Origin: an uncultured Gammaproteobacteria bacterium
GTDB lineage: Bacteria > Patescibacteriota > Microgenomatia > UBA8517
Direction: 5' to 3'
Length of the DNA: 64,000 nt
Assembly: GCA_964608405.1 (NCBI GenBank)
Contig: CAZSNC010000001.1
Coordinates: 18,667 to 82,666 of the forward strand
The notes beneath the pieces were generated by a model that was not told where the DNA came from, did not search any database, and saw nothing but the letters and a program-made list of their open reading frames with translations. A program made the position numbers and the translations under genes. Positions 1 through 9,743 of this stretch are shown piece by piece (the stretch's first letter is position 1; each line of letters opens with the position of its first letter).

Positions 1-19
1 CTGAAGAAAGAAATTAATT

Positions 20-730
20 CTACCAAATCGGTGTCGGAGTCGCCTGAACAGTGCAATATGTATTTGAGATTATTGCTCTGTTTCTGACAATACTTTCACC
101 CCAAGTCTCGCAACTTGCTTCCACCGGAGCGTAATTTGAGTCGATATTGTAAATCGAGTAAGGTGTCGGTGATGCGTAAGGCAGTGCCGGTGTTGACGTC
201 GGAAAATTGATAATACCATCAAACACTTCATCATCATCAACTTCTGTATTATCCCCATCACCATCCGTTTCGAAATAATCGGTGAGTGATATATCGGAAT
301 ACTCAATAAAGATCGGCTCAACCGTATCTAACATGTCTTTATCCCCTGAATCGATACAAACACTAACCAGTTTCTTGTCGATAAAAATATATACCTTATA
401 CCCACAATCCCCCCCGCTTACACTTTTACTGAGATATTCTCTCGCCTTTCTCTCCATCATCGAAAAAAACAGATTTATCTGTGTCGAATCCCATGTCTCA
501 TAATAAGATTTGTCTTTTGACTTATACTCAACCAGGCCATTTTGGTCAATAGTAATAACCTCGTCCCCTTTTACGATCTGAATTTGACCATCTTTAATTT
601 GCGGTGTATTTCTTTTACCCCCGCTAAACAACGAGATGAAAATAAAGGCCAAAAACACTATCCCCACAATAAACGACCACACATATACAGGGTTTTTAAA
701 GATATTCTCAGTTGACCTCTTGTTATTCAT
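20..730 (-). CDS. hypothetical bitopic membrane protein immediately downstream of pilC: N-terminal TM helix, then a soluble domain with an acidic stretch and a Cys-containing C-terminus; possible pilus-assembly accessory protein
   Basis: 236-aa ORF with one N-terminal hydrophobic helix (VYVWSFIVGIVFLAFIFISLF) and a DGDGDNTEVDDDEVFDG acidic run. Tightly follows pilC (8-bp gap) on the same strand. No family recognised by eye. Confidence 0.5.
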   Translation of the reverse strand: MNNKRSTENIFKNPVYVWSFIVGIVFLAFIFISLFSGGKRNTPQIKDGQIQIVKGDEVITIDQNGLVEYKSKDKSYYETWDSTQINLFFSMMERKAREYLSKSVSGGDCGYKVYIFIDKKLVSVCIDSGDKDMLDTVEPIFIEYSDISLTDYFETDGDGDNTEVDDDEVFDGIINFPTSTPALPYASPTPYSIYNIDSNYAPVEASCETWGESIVRNRAIISNTYCTVQATPTPIW

Positions 731-738
731 CCGTCTGT

Positions 739-1965
739 TTAAAAATTATTCATTCCTCCAACCAGACTATAAATTGGGGTTATCATAATTACTACCATGG
801 CTCCAACTGCCACTCCGATCACCAACATCAAAATCGGTTCCAAAAGCGATGTCAACTTTTTCAGGGTAAAATCTACTTCCTTCTCATAAAAATCAGCCAT
901 TTCGGACAATACCTCTTCCAGGCTGCCGCTTTTTTCACCTGCTTTTATTGTTTGCACAACAGTTGAGGGGAAAATCTTTTTCCCGCCGATGATAATTTCC
1001 GAAAGTTGCTTTCCCTGAGCAACACCTGCTCCAAATGACTTTGCCTCCTTCTTAAGGGCGGGTTGTTGAATAATATTTGCACAAACTTCAAGACAAACCA
1101 TAATTGGAACACCACTTGCCAAAAGAGTAGATAGTGTCCTGGAAAAACGCGCAATGTCGATTTGGATTATTAAACCCTTAATTGCAGGCAACTTCATCAT
1201 AAAATCAAAGATTGCGTTCCTGCTTTTCTGAATCGTAAAAAGCAAAAAGACAATCAGTGCTATCGCAAACACTCCTGCAATTACCTCTTTTGTGTACTTT
1301 CCCACAAATATTCCCACATCCAAAACAAATTTTGTAGCTACCGGGAGTTCCACTCCAAGGTCATAAAAAACCTGTGCAAGTTGCGGAAGAACAAAAACAA
1401 GCATCACTACAAAAACTGCTGCCATTGCACACACTATGACAATCGGATAAGTCATTGCGCCTTTCACTTTTTGAACCAATTCATAACTTAAAGTTAATTG
1501 TTTTGACAAATAATCAAATGCCTTGTCCATTGTTCCGGATTCTTCACCGGCTTTCACCATCGTCAAAAATACCGTATCGAAATCTCTTTTGTATTTCGAT
1601 AAGACAGACGAGATTGTTTTACCTTTCCGGACTTCAAACGATACATCTGTTAACACTTTTTTCAGTTTTCGGTTTTTTGTCTCATCTTTGATAATATCGA
1701 TTGCTTCAGGTAAGGGTAATCCTGCACGCAACATCGTTGCCATAAATCTACAAAAAGCCGCTTTTTCCGAGGTTGAAATAGACCCCGCCATTAATCCGCC
1801 TACATCCTGATCCACCTTCTTAATCGTCATTATTTTGTATCCTTCGGAAGCTAATGTGGATGCAGCATCTTTAACGGAGGATGCCTGTAATATATCTTCA
1901 ACCAAATCTCCCCTTTGATTTTTGACTTTAAATGAAAAAAGCGGCATATTATTCTTCTTTTGCAA
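739..1965 (-). CDS. pilC: type IV pilus assembly platform protein PilC (GspF family)
   Basis: 408 aa with two GspF-type repeats and three TM segments; typical PilC N-terminus. Overlaps pilB stop by 17 nt, the usual pilB-pilC arrangement. Confidence 0.85.
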   Translation of the reverse strand: MQKKNNMPLFSFKVKNQRGDLVEDILQASSVKDAASTLASEGYKIMTIKKVDQDVGGLMAGSISTSEKAAFCRFMATMLRAGLPLPEAIDIIKDETKNRKLKKVLTDVSFEVRKGKTISSVLSKYKRDFDTVFLTMVKAGEESGTMDKAFDYLSKQLTLSYELVQKVKGAMTYPIVIVCAMAAVFVVMLVFVLPQLAQVFYDLGVELPVATKFVLDVGIFVGKYTKEVIAGVFAIALIVFLLFTIQKSRNAIFDFMMKLPAIKGLIIQIDIARFSRTLSTLLASGVPIMVCLEVCANIIQQPALKKEAKSFGAGVAQGKQLSEIIIGGKKIFPSTVVQTIKAGEKSGSLEEVLSEMADFYEKEVDFTLKKLTSLLEPILMLVIGVAVGAMVVIMITPIYSLVGGMNNF

Positions 1966-3628
1966 CCCTAAAGACCTCCTCGATTGTAGTTAAACCGGAA
2001 GAAACCTTATCCATCCCGTCACGCATCATCGTAATCATTCCGTCAGCTACTGCTTCCTTAAAAAGTTGTTCCGTAGTAGGTCGTTGAATAATCACTTCAC
2101 GGAGCTTTTCCGTAACCGGCATTATTTCATAAATTCCAATTCTTCCCGAATAACCTTTATGATTACAATCATCACAACCTTTGCCTTTATAAAACTTTAA
2201 TTTTTCAGCCTCACTTCCCAGTTCTTTTGAAAGTTTTTTAAGGACCACCTCATCTGGTGTGTATTTTGCAATGCAAGAAGGACATATTTTTCGAACCAAC
2301 CGTTGAGCAACAACGACATTTAATGTGGATGCCAAAAGAAAGGCTTCTGCTCCCATATCCAAAAGCCTGGGAACCGCGCCGGAAGCGGTATTGGTATGAA
2401 GTGTCGATAAAACCAAATGTCCGGTTAATGCAGAGTGTATTGCAATTTCTGCTGTTTCCTGATCCCTAATCTCTCCAACCATAATAATGTCCGGGTCGTG
2501 TCTCATTAAAGCACGCAGACCTGCCGCAAAAGTAAGGCCTGTTTTGGGATTAACCTGGATTTGTGTAACCCTATTCATCCCGTATTCAATCGGGTCTTCG
2601 ATTGTACATATTTTTACTTCGGCGGTATTAAGCATATTAAGAAGTGAGTAAAGAGTTGTTGTTTTACCGGAACCTGTCGGACCCGTTACCAAAATCATTC
2701 CGTGAGGTTTCATGGAATTTTCCCGCAATATTGCCAAGCCTTGTCCGGTAATTCCCAATTCTTCCAAACTCAAGGGGCGGTTTGTCTCACGCAAAATTCT
2801 CATTACGACATTCTCGCCATAAAAACCGGGTATGATTGAGATACGAAGTGCAATAGCTTCGTCGTCAATATTGAATTTATGTCTGCCGTCCTGAGGAATT
2901 CTATGTTCGTCAATTTTTAGGTTAGAGAGAATTTTTATTCTTGCGACCAACGCCTCCTCGGTTCCTTTTTTGAATTTGAACATATCCCTAAGCATTCCGT
3001 CGATTCTAAAGCGCACCACAACATCTTCGGATTGAGACTCGATATGGATATCGGATGATCGAAGCGCAACAGCATACTCAAAAATCGTATTTAATATCTT
3101 AACAACCGGAATATCCTCTGCCGCTTTTTCCAGATTATCCCCTGGTGACACCTTTTTGATATTCTCCGAAATAATTTTTTCGAAATCGCTTTTTAAATTC
3201 TTTTTATACTGACCAAGAGCTTTGGAGATGTCCTCATTGCGTGCAAAGTAGGGTTCAATTTCATAACCAGTTTGTCTTTTCGCAAATTCTATTGCTTCAA
3301 AATCCTCCGGGTTCTCCATCGCCAATTTGATCTTTTTATCCTTAAACTCGAAGGGGATCATTCTGTAAGTACGGGCAAGTTTTTCGGGTATAAGATTAAG
3401 TATCTCCGTTGGAATAAAAAGTCTTCTTACATCCGCATATGGAATATTAAGATGCTCGGAAATAAGCTTACCGAGTGAATCCTCACTGACAAGTCCTCTA
3501 AAAATTAAAACATCGGAAATATCTCTTCCTTGGTCTTGAGAACTTTTGAACGCGTCATCAAAATCCGCTTCGGTTACATAACCAGATCCTACCAGAATTT
3601 TTTTGAGTTTTTCAGGTGATATAAGCAT
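1949..3628 (-). CDS. pilB: type IV pilus assembly ATPase PilB (GspE family secretion ATPase)
   Basis: 559 aa; N-terminal GspII_E-like region; Walker A LVTGPTGSGKTTTL; Asp/His boxes; C-terminal tetracysteine motif CPSC...CDDC typical of PilB/GspE. Confidence 0.9.
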   Translation of the reverse strand: MLISPEKLKKILVGSGYVTEADFDDAFKSSQDQGRDISDVLIFRGLVSEDSLGKLISEHLNIPYADVRRLFIPTEILNLIPEKLARTYRMIPFEFKDKKIKLAMENPEDFEAIEFAKRQTGYEIEPYFARNEDISKALGQYKKNLKSDFEKIISENIKKVSPGDNLEKAAEDIPVVKILNTIFEYAVALRSSDIHIESQSEDVVVRFRIDGMLRDMFKFKKGTEEALVARIKILSNLKIDEHRIPQDGRHKFNIDDEAIALRISIIPGFYGENVVMRILRETNRPLSLEELGITGQGLAILRENSMKPHGMILVTGPTGSGKTTTLYSLLNMLNTAEVKICTIEDPIEYGMNRVTQIQVNPKTGLTFAAGLRALMRHDPDIIMVGEIRDQETAEIAIHSALTGHLVLSTLHTNTASGAVPRLLDMGAEAFLLASTLNVVVAQRLVRKICPSCIAKYTPDEVVLKKLSKELGSEAEKLKFYKGKGCDDCNHKGYSGRIGIYEIMPVTEKLREVIIQRPTTEQLFKEAVADGMITMMRDGMDKVSSGLTTIEEVFRVAKEE

Positions 3629-3758
3629 GCAAGTTAGAAGCTCACCTAATTGCCTATCTCCTTAATAGGGCAGTTGGCAGGCTCTATATTTATTATATTA
3701 CAATATTTAGTTTCTTCCTTAGCAGTTATAAATTGAGGAGCGTATTATGCCACATTTT

Positions 3759-3792
3759 CCCATAAAAATACCCCGAAATAGGCGGGGTATTT
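3759..3792 (-). terminator. rho-independent terminator downstream of rnpB
   Basis: Minus-strand RNA reads ATACCCCG-CCTATTT-CGGGGTAT (8-bp perfect stem) followed by TTTTTAT, immediately 3' of the RNase P RNA end. Confidence 0.5.
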
Positions 3793-3797
3793 TATAC

Positions 3798-4155
3798 TTT
3801 GGAGGATAGTAAGCCAGATTCTGTTTCAAGACAACAATCTATCTGACGCCCTCAATCCTTTGAACATCGGGAAAGCGTTCCTCAAGCGTTCAATTCGGAG
3901 GTTGCAGCGGGTGGGATTGTCGCGTTTCACCCCAAATGCTTCTTTAGAAAGCATTTAGACTCGTCTCTGTGACTCTCTGAAAATGTCAATTCATTTTCAG
4001 TGTCTCGATTTAATCGAAACCACCAGATGTTATCAGCTACCAAAAGGTAGCTAACTATCATTCGGAGATTGCCCTCCGACCCCTCGCTTTCAGCTGTCTG
4101 GACTTTCCTCTACACCTGAGTTAAAGCAAGTGCAGTAGTTGTCCTTCCTCCAAAG
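3798..4155 (-). ncRNA. rnpB: RNase P RNA (bacterial type, rnpB)
   Basis: Minus-strand transcript contains the universally conserved P4 5' strand GAGGAAAGTCCAGACAGC (E. coli GAGGAAAGUCCGGGCUCC) near the 5' end and ACAGAATCTGGCTTA (E. coli ACAGAACCCGGCUUA) near the 3' end. P1 pairing GGAGGA/TCCTCC at the two ends. About 358 nt in a 600-bp ORF-free gap. Confidence 0.8.
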
Positions 4156-4160
4156 CGAAA

Positions 4161-4200
4161 ATATTATACCATAAAACATAATATATTAAATACTATAAGA
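4161..4200 (-). promoter_or_regulatory. extended -10 promoter (TGgTATAAT) for rnpB
   Basis: Minus strand reads TTTATGGTATAATATTTTCGCTTTGGAGG: extended -10 TGnTATAAT about 7 nt upstream of the inferred rnpB 5' end. The -35 is weak (AT-rich). Confidence 0.45.
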
Positions 4201-4229
4201 TAGTATCCTAACTATAAGATTGCGGAGAC

Positions 4230-5237
4230 TTATTTTAAAGTAGATTCTTTCACTTGTTCGATATCCTTTTCTGAAAGGATCTGTTGAATAATAATACTTA
4301 ACGCAAGTACGACTGGTATAGCAATTATCGCCCCAGTTGTACCTTGGATCCTAAATCCTACACTTAACGCAAGAAGTGTCACGACAGGATTAACACCCGC
4401 TGACTTTTGCATTATTTTGGGAACAAAAACATAATTCTCCACCTGTTGAATTAAAAATGCCAAAGATGCGGTTGCAATTCCTGTAAACGACGACGCACTA
4501 AACCCGATTATGACGGCAGGAATTGCAGCAATAAACGGCCCAATCATCGGAATAATCTCCAAAAGACCCGCAAGAATTGCAAGAGGAAGTGCATACGGCA
4601 CTTTTAAAAGAAGAAGACCGATGTACGTCGAAAGTCCGACAACAAACATCAGAAGTAATTCCCCTTTTGCCCACATTCCAATCCTCCTCTCGATCTTTTC
4701 GGCCACTTCTGATACCTTCCTCCTTTTTTCTTCATTGGGTACAACGGATAAACCCCATTTTAATTTCCCTTTCTGCAATAAAAGATAAAAAGATAGGATA
4801 AAAACGGTCACAACATTTACGACATTTGAAAAGATAGACACTGTTGTCTTTGCAAGCTGGCTCGGAATTTGCCCAAGTTGGAGTAAAAACTGTTGTAATA
4901 TTTGCTCCTTAAACGCAGTTGGAAGGCCAATATCCGATATATACCCTGGAATATTAGCAACCAAGCTAGCTGTCTGATTAACCAGCGAAGGCGCAAGAAT
5001 ATATATCGAAAAACCAATTATTCCCAAAAATATTAAATAGACAATTCCAACCGCCCAGACTCTCGGAATTCGTCTGCTTTCCAGTTTCGCAACCGCCGGA
5101 TTAAACGACGCAACAATGACTAAAGCAATAAGGAGTTGGAACAGAATATCTCTTATGTAATAAACAAACCAGAGTCCGATTAGAAGAACAACAATAAAAA
5201 TTATCGTTTTGTGAGTAATGTCCACCTTTTTAATCAT
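4230..5237 (-). CDS. AI-2E family transporter (PerM/YhhT-like, UPF0118) membrane protein
   Basis: 335 aa polytopic membrane protein; N-terminal pattern LLIALVIVASFNPAVAKLESRRIPRVWAVGIVYLIFLGII matches the AI-2E family signature region. Confidence 0.65.
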   Translation of the reverse strand: MIKKVDITHKTIIFIVVLLIGLWFVYYIRDILFQLLIALVIVASFNPAVAKLESRRIPRVWAVGIVYLIFLGIIGFSIYILAPSLVNQTASLVANIPGYISDIGLPTAFKEQILQQFLLQLGQIPSQLAKTTVSIFSNVVNVVTVFILSFYLLLQKGKLKWGLSVVPNEEKRRKVSEVAEKIERRIGMWAKGELLLMFVVGLSTYIGLLLLKVPYALPLAILAGLLEIIPMIGPFIAAIPAVIIGFSASSFTGIATASLAFLIQQVENYVFVPKIMQKSAGVNPVVTLLALSVGFRIQGTTGAIIAIPVVLALSIIIQQILSEKDIEQVKESTLK

Positions 5238-5245
5238 ACTTCTAT

Positions 5246-6211
5246 CTATTTACCATAATACCAACTTTGCACTTTATTTTCTACATCGATAAGTAAGCTC
5301 TTTTCCGATACATCAAACCAATTGATTCTTTTATCTTTTTTAAACCAAGTCATTTGTCTTTTTGCATACCTCACCTCCTGCGTATACCACTCTTTAACAA
5401 ATTCCTGCTTTGAGCAAAGGCTGTTATAATATTTTTCATATTGTCTGTAACCCATCCCCTGCATTGACTGACACTTCCACGAAAGACCCTTTTTCAATAG
5501 ACTTTTTATCTCATCTTCAAACCCCACCTTGATTCTTTTATTAACTCTCTCCAATATCTTTTTATTTATCTCACGCTTTTTCATTTTCAAACCAATCATC
5601 AAAATGGAATCGTAATCTGTTTTGTTAGGTGTGATTAATTTTTGATTTCCTTTTAAATAATCTGCTATCTCAATTGCCCTAATTAACCTCCGAGGATTTT
5701 GTCTGTCGGACCCATTCATACTTTCTGCTTTTTTCTTGTCCAGCTTGATTAATAATTCATACAGATATTTCACTTTCCTTGTTTTTAATTTCTCTCTCAA
5801 GCTTATATTTCTGGGGATAGCAAAGGTTTCTATTCCGTCGACAAGTACTTTAATATACAAACCACTTCCTCCGACTAATATCGCAAGCTTACCCCGTTGC
5901 CAAATATTGGAAATGATCTCTTGTACATTTTCAAAATATTTCGAAACACTAAATTCCTCAATAGGATCAACTAAATCGTATCCCCACACTTTAATATTAT
6001 GTATTTCATAAAAAAGATATTTAACCCCTTGTAACCTTTTCGCTTTTGATGACTTTGGAAGATCCTTACCGGTTCCTATATTCATTCCTCTATATACTTG
6101 GCGTGAGTCGGCTGATACTAACTCTCCGTTAAACTTTTGTGATAGCTCAATTGCAAGATTCGTTTTGCCAGTTGCCGTCGGACCACATATTACCAACAAA
6201 GACCTATCCAT
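5246..6211 (-). CDS. miaA: tRNA dimethylallyltransferase (tRNA isopentenyltransferase) MiaA
   Basis: N-terminal P-loop ICGPTATGKTNLAIEL followed by SADSRQVYRGMNIGTGK, diagnostic for MiaA; 321 aa. Confidence 0.85.
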   Translation of the reverse strand: MDRSLLVICGPTATGKTNLAIELSQKFNGELVSADSRQVYRGMNIGTGKDLPKSSKAKRLQGVKYLFYEIHNIKVWGYDLVDPIEEFSVSKYFENVQEIISNIWQRGKLAILVGGSGLYIKVLVDGIETFAIPRNISLREKLKTRKVKYLYELLIKLDKKKAESMNGSDRQNPRRLIRAIEIADYLKGNQKLITPNKTDYDSILMIGLKMKKREINKKILERVNKRIKVGFEDEIKSLLKKGLSWKCQSMQGMGYRQYEKYYNSLCSKQEFVKEWYTQEVRYAKRQMTWFKKDKRINWFDVSEKSLLIDVENKVQSWYYGK

Positions 6212-6246
6212 AAATCAATAAAGAGAACAAATATTTAAAAAAGAAT

Positions 6247-6525
6247 TTATCTACTAACCTGCTTTTTAAGCTTATCCCCGGGAGTAAATTTTGGAAGTCT
6301 GTGACGTTTAATCGTTACCATTTTTTCCGAATTTGGGATTTTGACTGTTTTGCCTTCAACCCATCCAACCCTAAACACTCCAAATCCCGATAAAACTATT
6401 CTTTTCTCACCTTTTGACAAAGATCTTCCGATCTCGTCAAGAAATACATCGACAGCTTCACGCGCTGCCTTACTTGTCAAATGGGCTTTTCTGGCTACAA
6501 TTTCAATAATTTCGCGTTTGGTCAT
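6247..6525 (-). CDS. hup: HU family DNA-binding protein (histone-like)
   Basis: 92 aa; MTKREIIEIVARKAHLTSKAAREAVDVFLDEI...GFGVF...RNP-like arm; classic HU/IHF fold sequence. Confidence 0.85.
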   Translation of the reverse strand: MTKREIIEIVARKAHLTSKAAREAVDVFLDEIGRSLSKGEKRIVLSGFGVFRVGWVEGKTVKIPNSEKMVTIKRHRLPKFTPGDKLKKQVSR

Positions 6526-6604
6526 TTTATGAATGAAGAATAGAATAAACCCGTAATAAAGTCAAGAACACGGAATAAAACGAATAAATTTCAATGATTT
6601 GCAA

Positions 6605-7831
6605 TTATCTTGCACTTGTAGTTTCTGTAACTTTTATTTCACGGATTACTGTTACTTTAATTTGTCCTACATATTCAGCTTCTTTTTCAAGTTTTCTTGC
6701 AATATCATGCGCAAGTACTGTTAAGCGCTCGTCGTCAACCTCATCGGGTTTGACAATTACCCTTACATCACGACCCGCCTGAAACGCATAACTTACATCA
6801 ACACCGTCAAACGACTTCGCAATTTCCTCAATCTTACTCATCCTTACAACATAATCCTCATGTGGTTCATACCTTGCTCCTGGTCGCGAACCGGATATTG
6901 CATCTGCAATCCAAACTATTGCCGATTCAACCGAAGAGAAAGGTCTTTCCTCATGGTGTTCGGCAACACAAGCAACAACTTCCTTCGGAAAACCGTATTT
7001 TTTCAAAGTAGTAACACCCACCTGAACATGTGTTCCCTCCTCATCAGTAACAACTTTGCCGATATCGTGAAGTAAACACCCCAGTCTCACGATGTCAATG
7101 TTCGCCCCAATTTCAGTTGCAATAGAAACCCCTATTTTTGTTTCTTCAATTGTATGAATTCCGAGATTCTGTCCATAGGAAGTTCTGAACCTATATCTAC
7201 CAATAAGTTTTAAAAGATCCAATGATAAATTGTATACTCCACATTCCTCCGTTATTTTTTTACCCTCGGAAAGAAGAACATCTTCCATTTGAGTTTTAAC
7301 CTGTCTTATAACTTCCTCGATTCTTGAAGGTTGAATCCTTGCATCTTTTATTAAAGTTTCCAGTGATCTTTTTGCAATCTCTCTTCTTACGGCATCGAAT
7401 GAAGAAAGTCTTATTTCATTTGTTTCATCGATTTCAATCTCAACTCCCGCTTCTTTTTCAAATGTTCTGATATTTCTTCCTCCGGCACCGATAATCCTAC
7501 CCTTAACGTCTTCATTCGGAACAGTTACTGTGGAAACCGTGTATTCGGCTGTGTAGGCAGTTGCGCCGTGCTTCATTGAATCGATTAATATTTCTTTGGC
7601 TTTTTCGCCCGCTTCAAGTTTTATCCGATCCTCAGCTGCCCTTATTTTTTTAGCAATTTCTTCGGTGAGGTCCTTCTGAACCTCTGCAAGAAGAAGCTTT
7701 TTGGCTTCATCGGGGGAGAGCTTGGATACTTTGGAAAGTGCGTCTGTTAATTCCTTCTCTTTTTTCTCAAGAGCTTCCTCTCTTTTTCTGAGGTTAATAT
7801 TATTTTTATCGGAAACATCGTTTGTATTCAT
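6605..7831 (-). CDS. rny: ribonuclease Y (KH + HD domain endoribonuclease), lacking the usual N-terminal membrane anchor
   Basis: 408 aa; coiled-coil N-terminus, KH domain (GRIIGAGGRNIRTFE) and HD domain (LLHDIGK...HHEER). No N-terminal TM helix is visible. Confidence 0.75.
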   Translation of the reverse strand: MNTNDVSDKNNINLRKREEALEKKEKELTDALSKVSKLSPDEAKKLLLAEVQKDLTEEIAKKIRAAEDRIKLEAGEKAKEILIDSMKHGATAYTAEYTVSTVTVPNEDVKGRIIGAGGRNIRTFEKEAGVEIEIDETNEIRLSSFDAVRREIAKRSLETLIKDARIQPSRIEEVIRQVKTQMEDVLLSEGKKITEECGVYNLSLDLLKLIGRYRFRTSYGQNLGIHTIEETKIGVSIATEIGANIDIVRLGCLLHDIGKVVTDEEGTHVQVGVTTLKKYGFPKEVVACVAEHHEERPFSSVESAIVWIADAISGSRPGARYEPHEDYVVRMSKIEEIAKSFDGVDVSYAFQAGRDVRVIVKPDEVDDERLTVLAHDIARKLEKEAEYVGQIKVTVIREIKVTETTSAR

Positions 7832-7984
7832 AATTTGAATTTATCGAAACACGAAGACGAAGCCTTTATTTAAAGGCCAAGTGAAGAAAACTCAATTTTG
7901 GTCTTTTCCACCATATTCGTATTTCTTAAGATGTATTTTAATCTTTATTGACTTTTCGGTCAACCTCCGAAAGGAAAAAATGAT

Positions 7985-8587
7985 TTAAATCACCTTTTTA
8001 ATTACATCCCATTTAAAGCCTTTTCTTGCAAGAAATTTACTAATCCTTTTCCTTCTTTCCAATTTTCCTAATCCGCGCCATCGATATCCTTTCTTGTCCA
8101 ATAATATTCGAGCGGATTTTTCTTCATCGATTTCGGCGCTGTTTAACACTTTATTTATTATTTCCTTGCCTATACCTTTACCCGCAAGCTCATAATACAA
8201 ATCTTTTATTGACTTATTTTTAAACGCCAACCGTTGTTCAATCCACCACCTCGCAAATTTTTCATCATCTAATAGATCTAAATGTTTAAGCTTTTCGACA
8301 AGGGTACTTTTTAGATCATCTGCCACTTTCTTTCTTGCCATCCAGTCATTTACCTCCTTTTCGCTTCGTGGCCTTAGGCTGACAAAAAGCAAAAGCCAAT
8401 CAAGAGCTTTTTGATATTCACCTTTTTTTAAAATTCTGACAACATCTTCATCGGATAATACATTCCCTGCTTTAAGGCCCAGCCTCACAAAATTTTCAAG
8501 ATCTAACCCGAAACCAAACCTTCCATCAAGATAAATATTTACCCTTTTTTTGATTCTTTGAAGTTTAATGGAGGTAATAGTGGGCAT
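7985..8587 (-). CDS. recX: RecA regulator RecX
   Basis: 200 aa helical-repeat protein directly downstream of recA on the same strand; RecX-like repeats (YLDGRFGFGL...ALDWLL...). Confidence 0.7.
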   Translation of the reverse strand: MPTITSIKLQRIKKRVNIYLDGRFGFGLDLENFVRLGLKAGNVLSDEDVVRILKKGEYQKALDWLLLFVSLRPRSEKEVNDWMARKKVADDLKSTLVEKLKHLDLLDDEKFARWWIEQRLAFKNKSIKDLYYELAGKGIGKEIINKVLNSAEIDEEKSARILLDKKGYRWRGLGKLERRKRISKFLARKGFKWDVIKKVI

Positions 8588-8620
8588 ACAAAGGGAGTAA
8601 AGTGCTACTTATAGAAAAAA

Positions 8621-9700
8621 CTACTCATCGGCTTCTTCCCCAATTTCTTTCGGAATTTTTTTACCGGAGGCGACAACCTCACGAATTTTCTTTTCAATTT
8701 CATCAGCAAGTTTCTTATCTTCCTTAAAAAGGAGTTTTGCACCCTCCTTGCCTTGAGCTAACACTTTTCCTTCGTAATTAAAAAACGAACCTTTCTTCTC
8801 CAGAATCCCCAAATCAACCGCAACATCCAAAAGCCCACCGGTTTTTGAGATTCCCTCATCGTTCATGATATCAAGCTCCGCAATCCGAAGAGGAGGTGCG
8901 ACTTTATTTTTTACAATCCTTACACGATGCCTTGATCCAATTACATTTTCGCCGTCTTTTAAAACCTCTATCCTTCTAATATCAAGTCTTACCGATGCAT
9001 AAAACTTAAGAGCCAAACCACCTGGAGTAGTTTCAGGATTTCCAAACATCACTCCGATTTTTTGCCGAAGTTGATTTGTAAAAATAAGAATTGTTCTGCT
9101 TTTTGAAATTGCACCCGTCAATTTTCTGAGGGCTTGACTCATAAGACGGGCCTGAAGTCCCATTACAGCATCCCCCATTTCCCCCTCAAGTTCTGCCCTG
9201 GGGACCAAAGCAGCAACAGAATCAACAACAATTACGTCCAAAGCACCCGAACGGATCAACGTTTCCGTAATTTCAAGAGCTTGTTCACCAGTATCGGGCT
9301 GTGACAGAAGCAGGTCGTCCAAATTCACACCTATCGTTTCAGCCCTTTTAGGATCAAGTGCGTGTTCAGCATCAACAAAAGCACACTGTCCCCCCATTTT
9401 TTGAGCCTCGGCAATGACATGAAGTGAAAGAGTCGTTTTCCCAGATGCTTCAGGGCCGTATATTTCAATGATCCTTCCTCTGGGAAGACCACCGACACCA
9501 AGTGCCAGATCCAGCGCTATTGAACCGGTTGGCACAACGTCGACTTTAAATTTCTCGTCCGCCCTCTCGCCGAGGCGCATGATCGAACCTTTTCCGTATT
9601 GTTTTTCAATCTGATCCATTGCGAGGCGGATTGCCGTTAGTTTAGCCGAAGAATTTTCTTGCTGCTTGGGAGCTTCCACTACTTTTGCTTTCTTTGCCAT
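8621..9700 (-). CDS. recA: recombinase RecA
   Basis: 359 aa; Walker [11 protein letters not shown]; L1/L2 loop regions; highly conserved RecA core. Confidence 0.95.
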   Translation of the reverse strand: MAKKAKVVEAPKQQENSSAKLTAIRLAMDQIEKQYGKGSIMRLGERADEKFKVDVVPTGSIALDLALGVGGLPRGRIIEIYGPEASGKTTLSLHVIAEAQKMGGQCAFVDAEHALDPKRAETIGVNLDDLLLSQPDTGEQALEITETLIRSGALDVIVVDSVAALVPRAELEGEMGDAVMGLQARLMSQALRKLTGAISKSRTILIFTNQLRQKIGVMFGNPETTPGGLALKFYASVRLDIRRIEVLKDGENVIGSRHRVRIVKNKVAPPLRIAELDIMNDEGISKTGGLLDVAVDLGILEKKGSFFNYEGKVLAQGKEGAKLLFKEDKKLADEIEKKIREVVASGKKIPKEIGEEADE

Positions 9701-9743
9701 TAATAGAGAAATACCACAAATTTGGAATATTTACAATTGGGAT

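Noticed and set aside
7940-7984. Hairpin CTTTCGG-AGGTTGA-CCGAAAG just after the recX stop, and palindrome GCCTTTATTTAAAGGC at 7862-7878
   Set aside because: Neither stem is followed by a convincing U-tract on the minus strand, so they are weak or ambiguous terminators and were not called.
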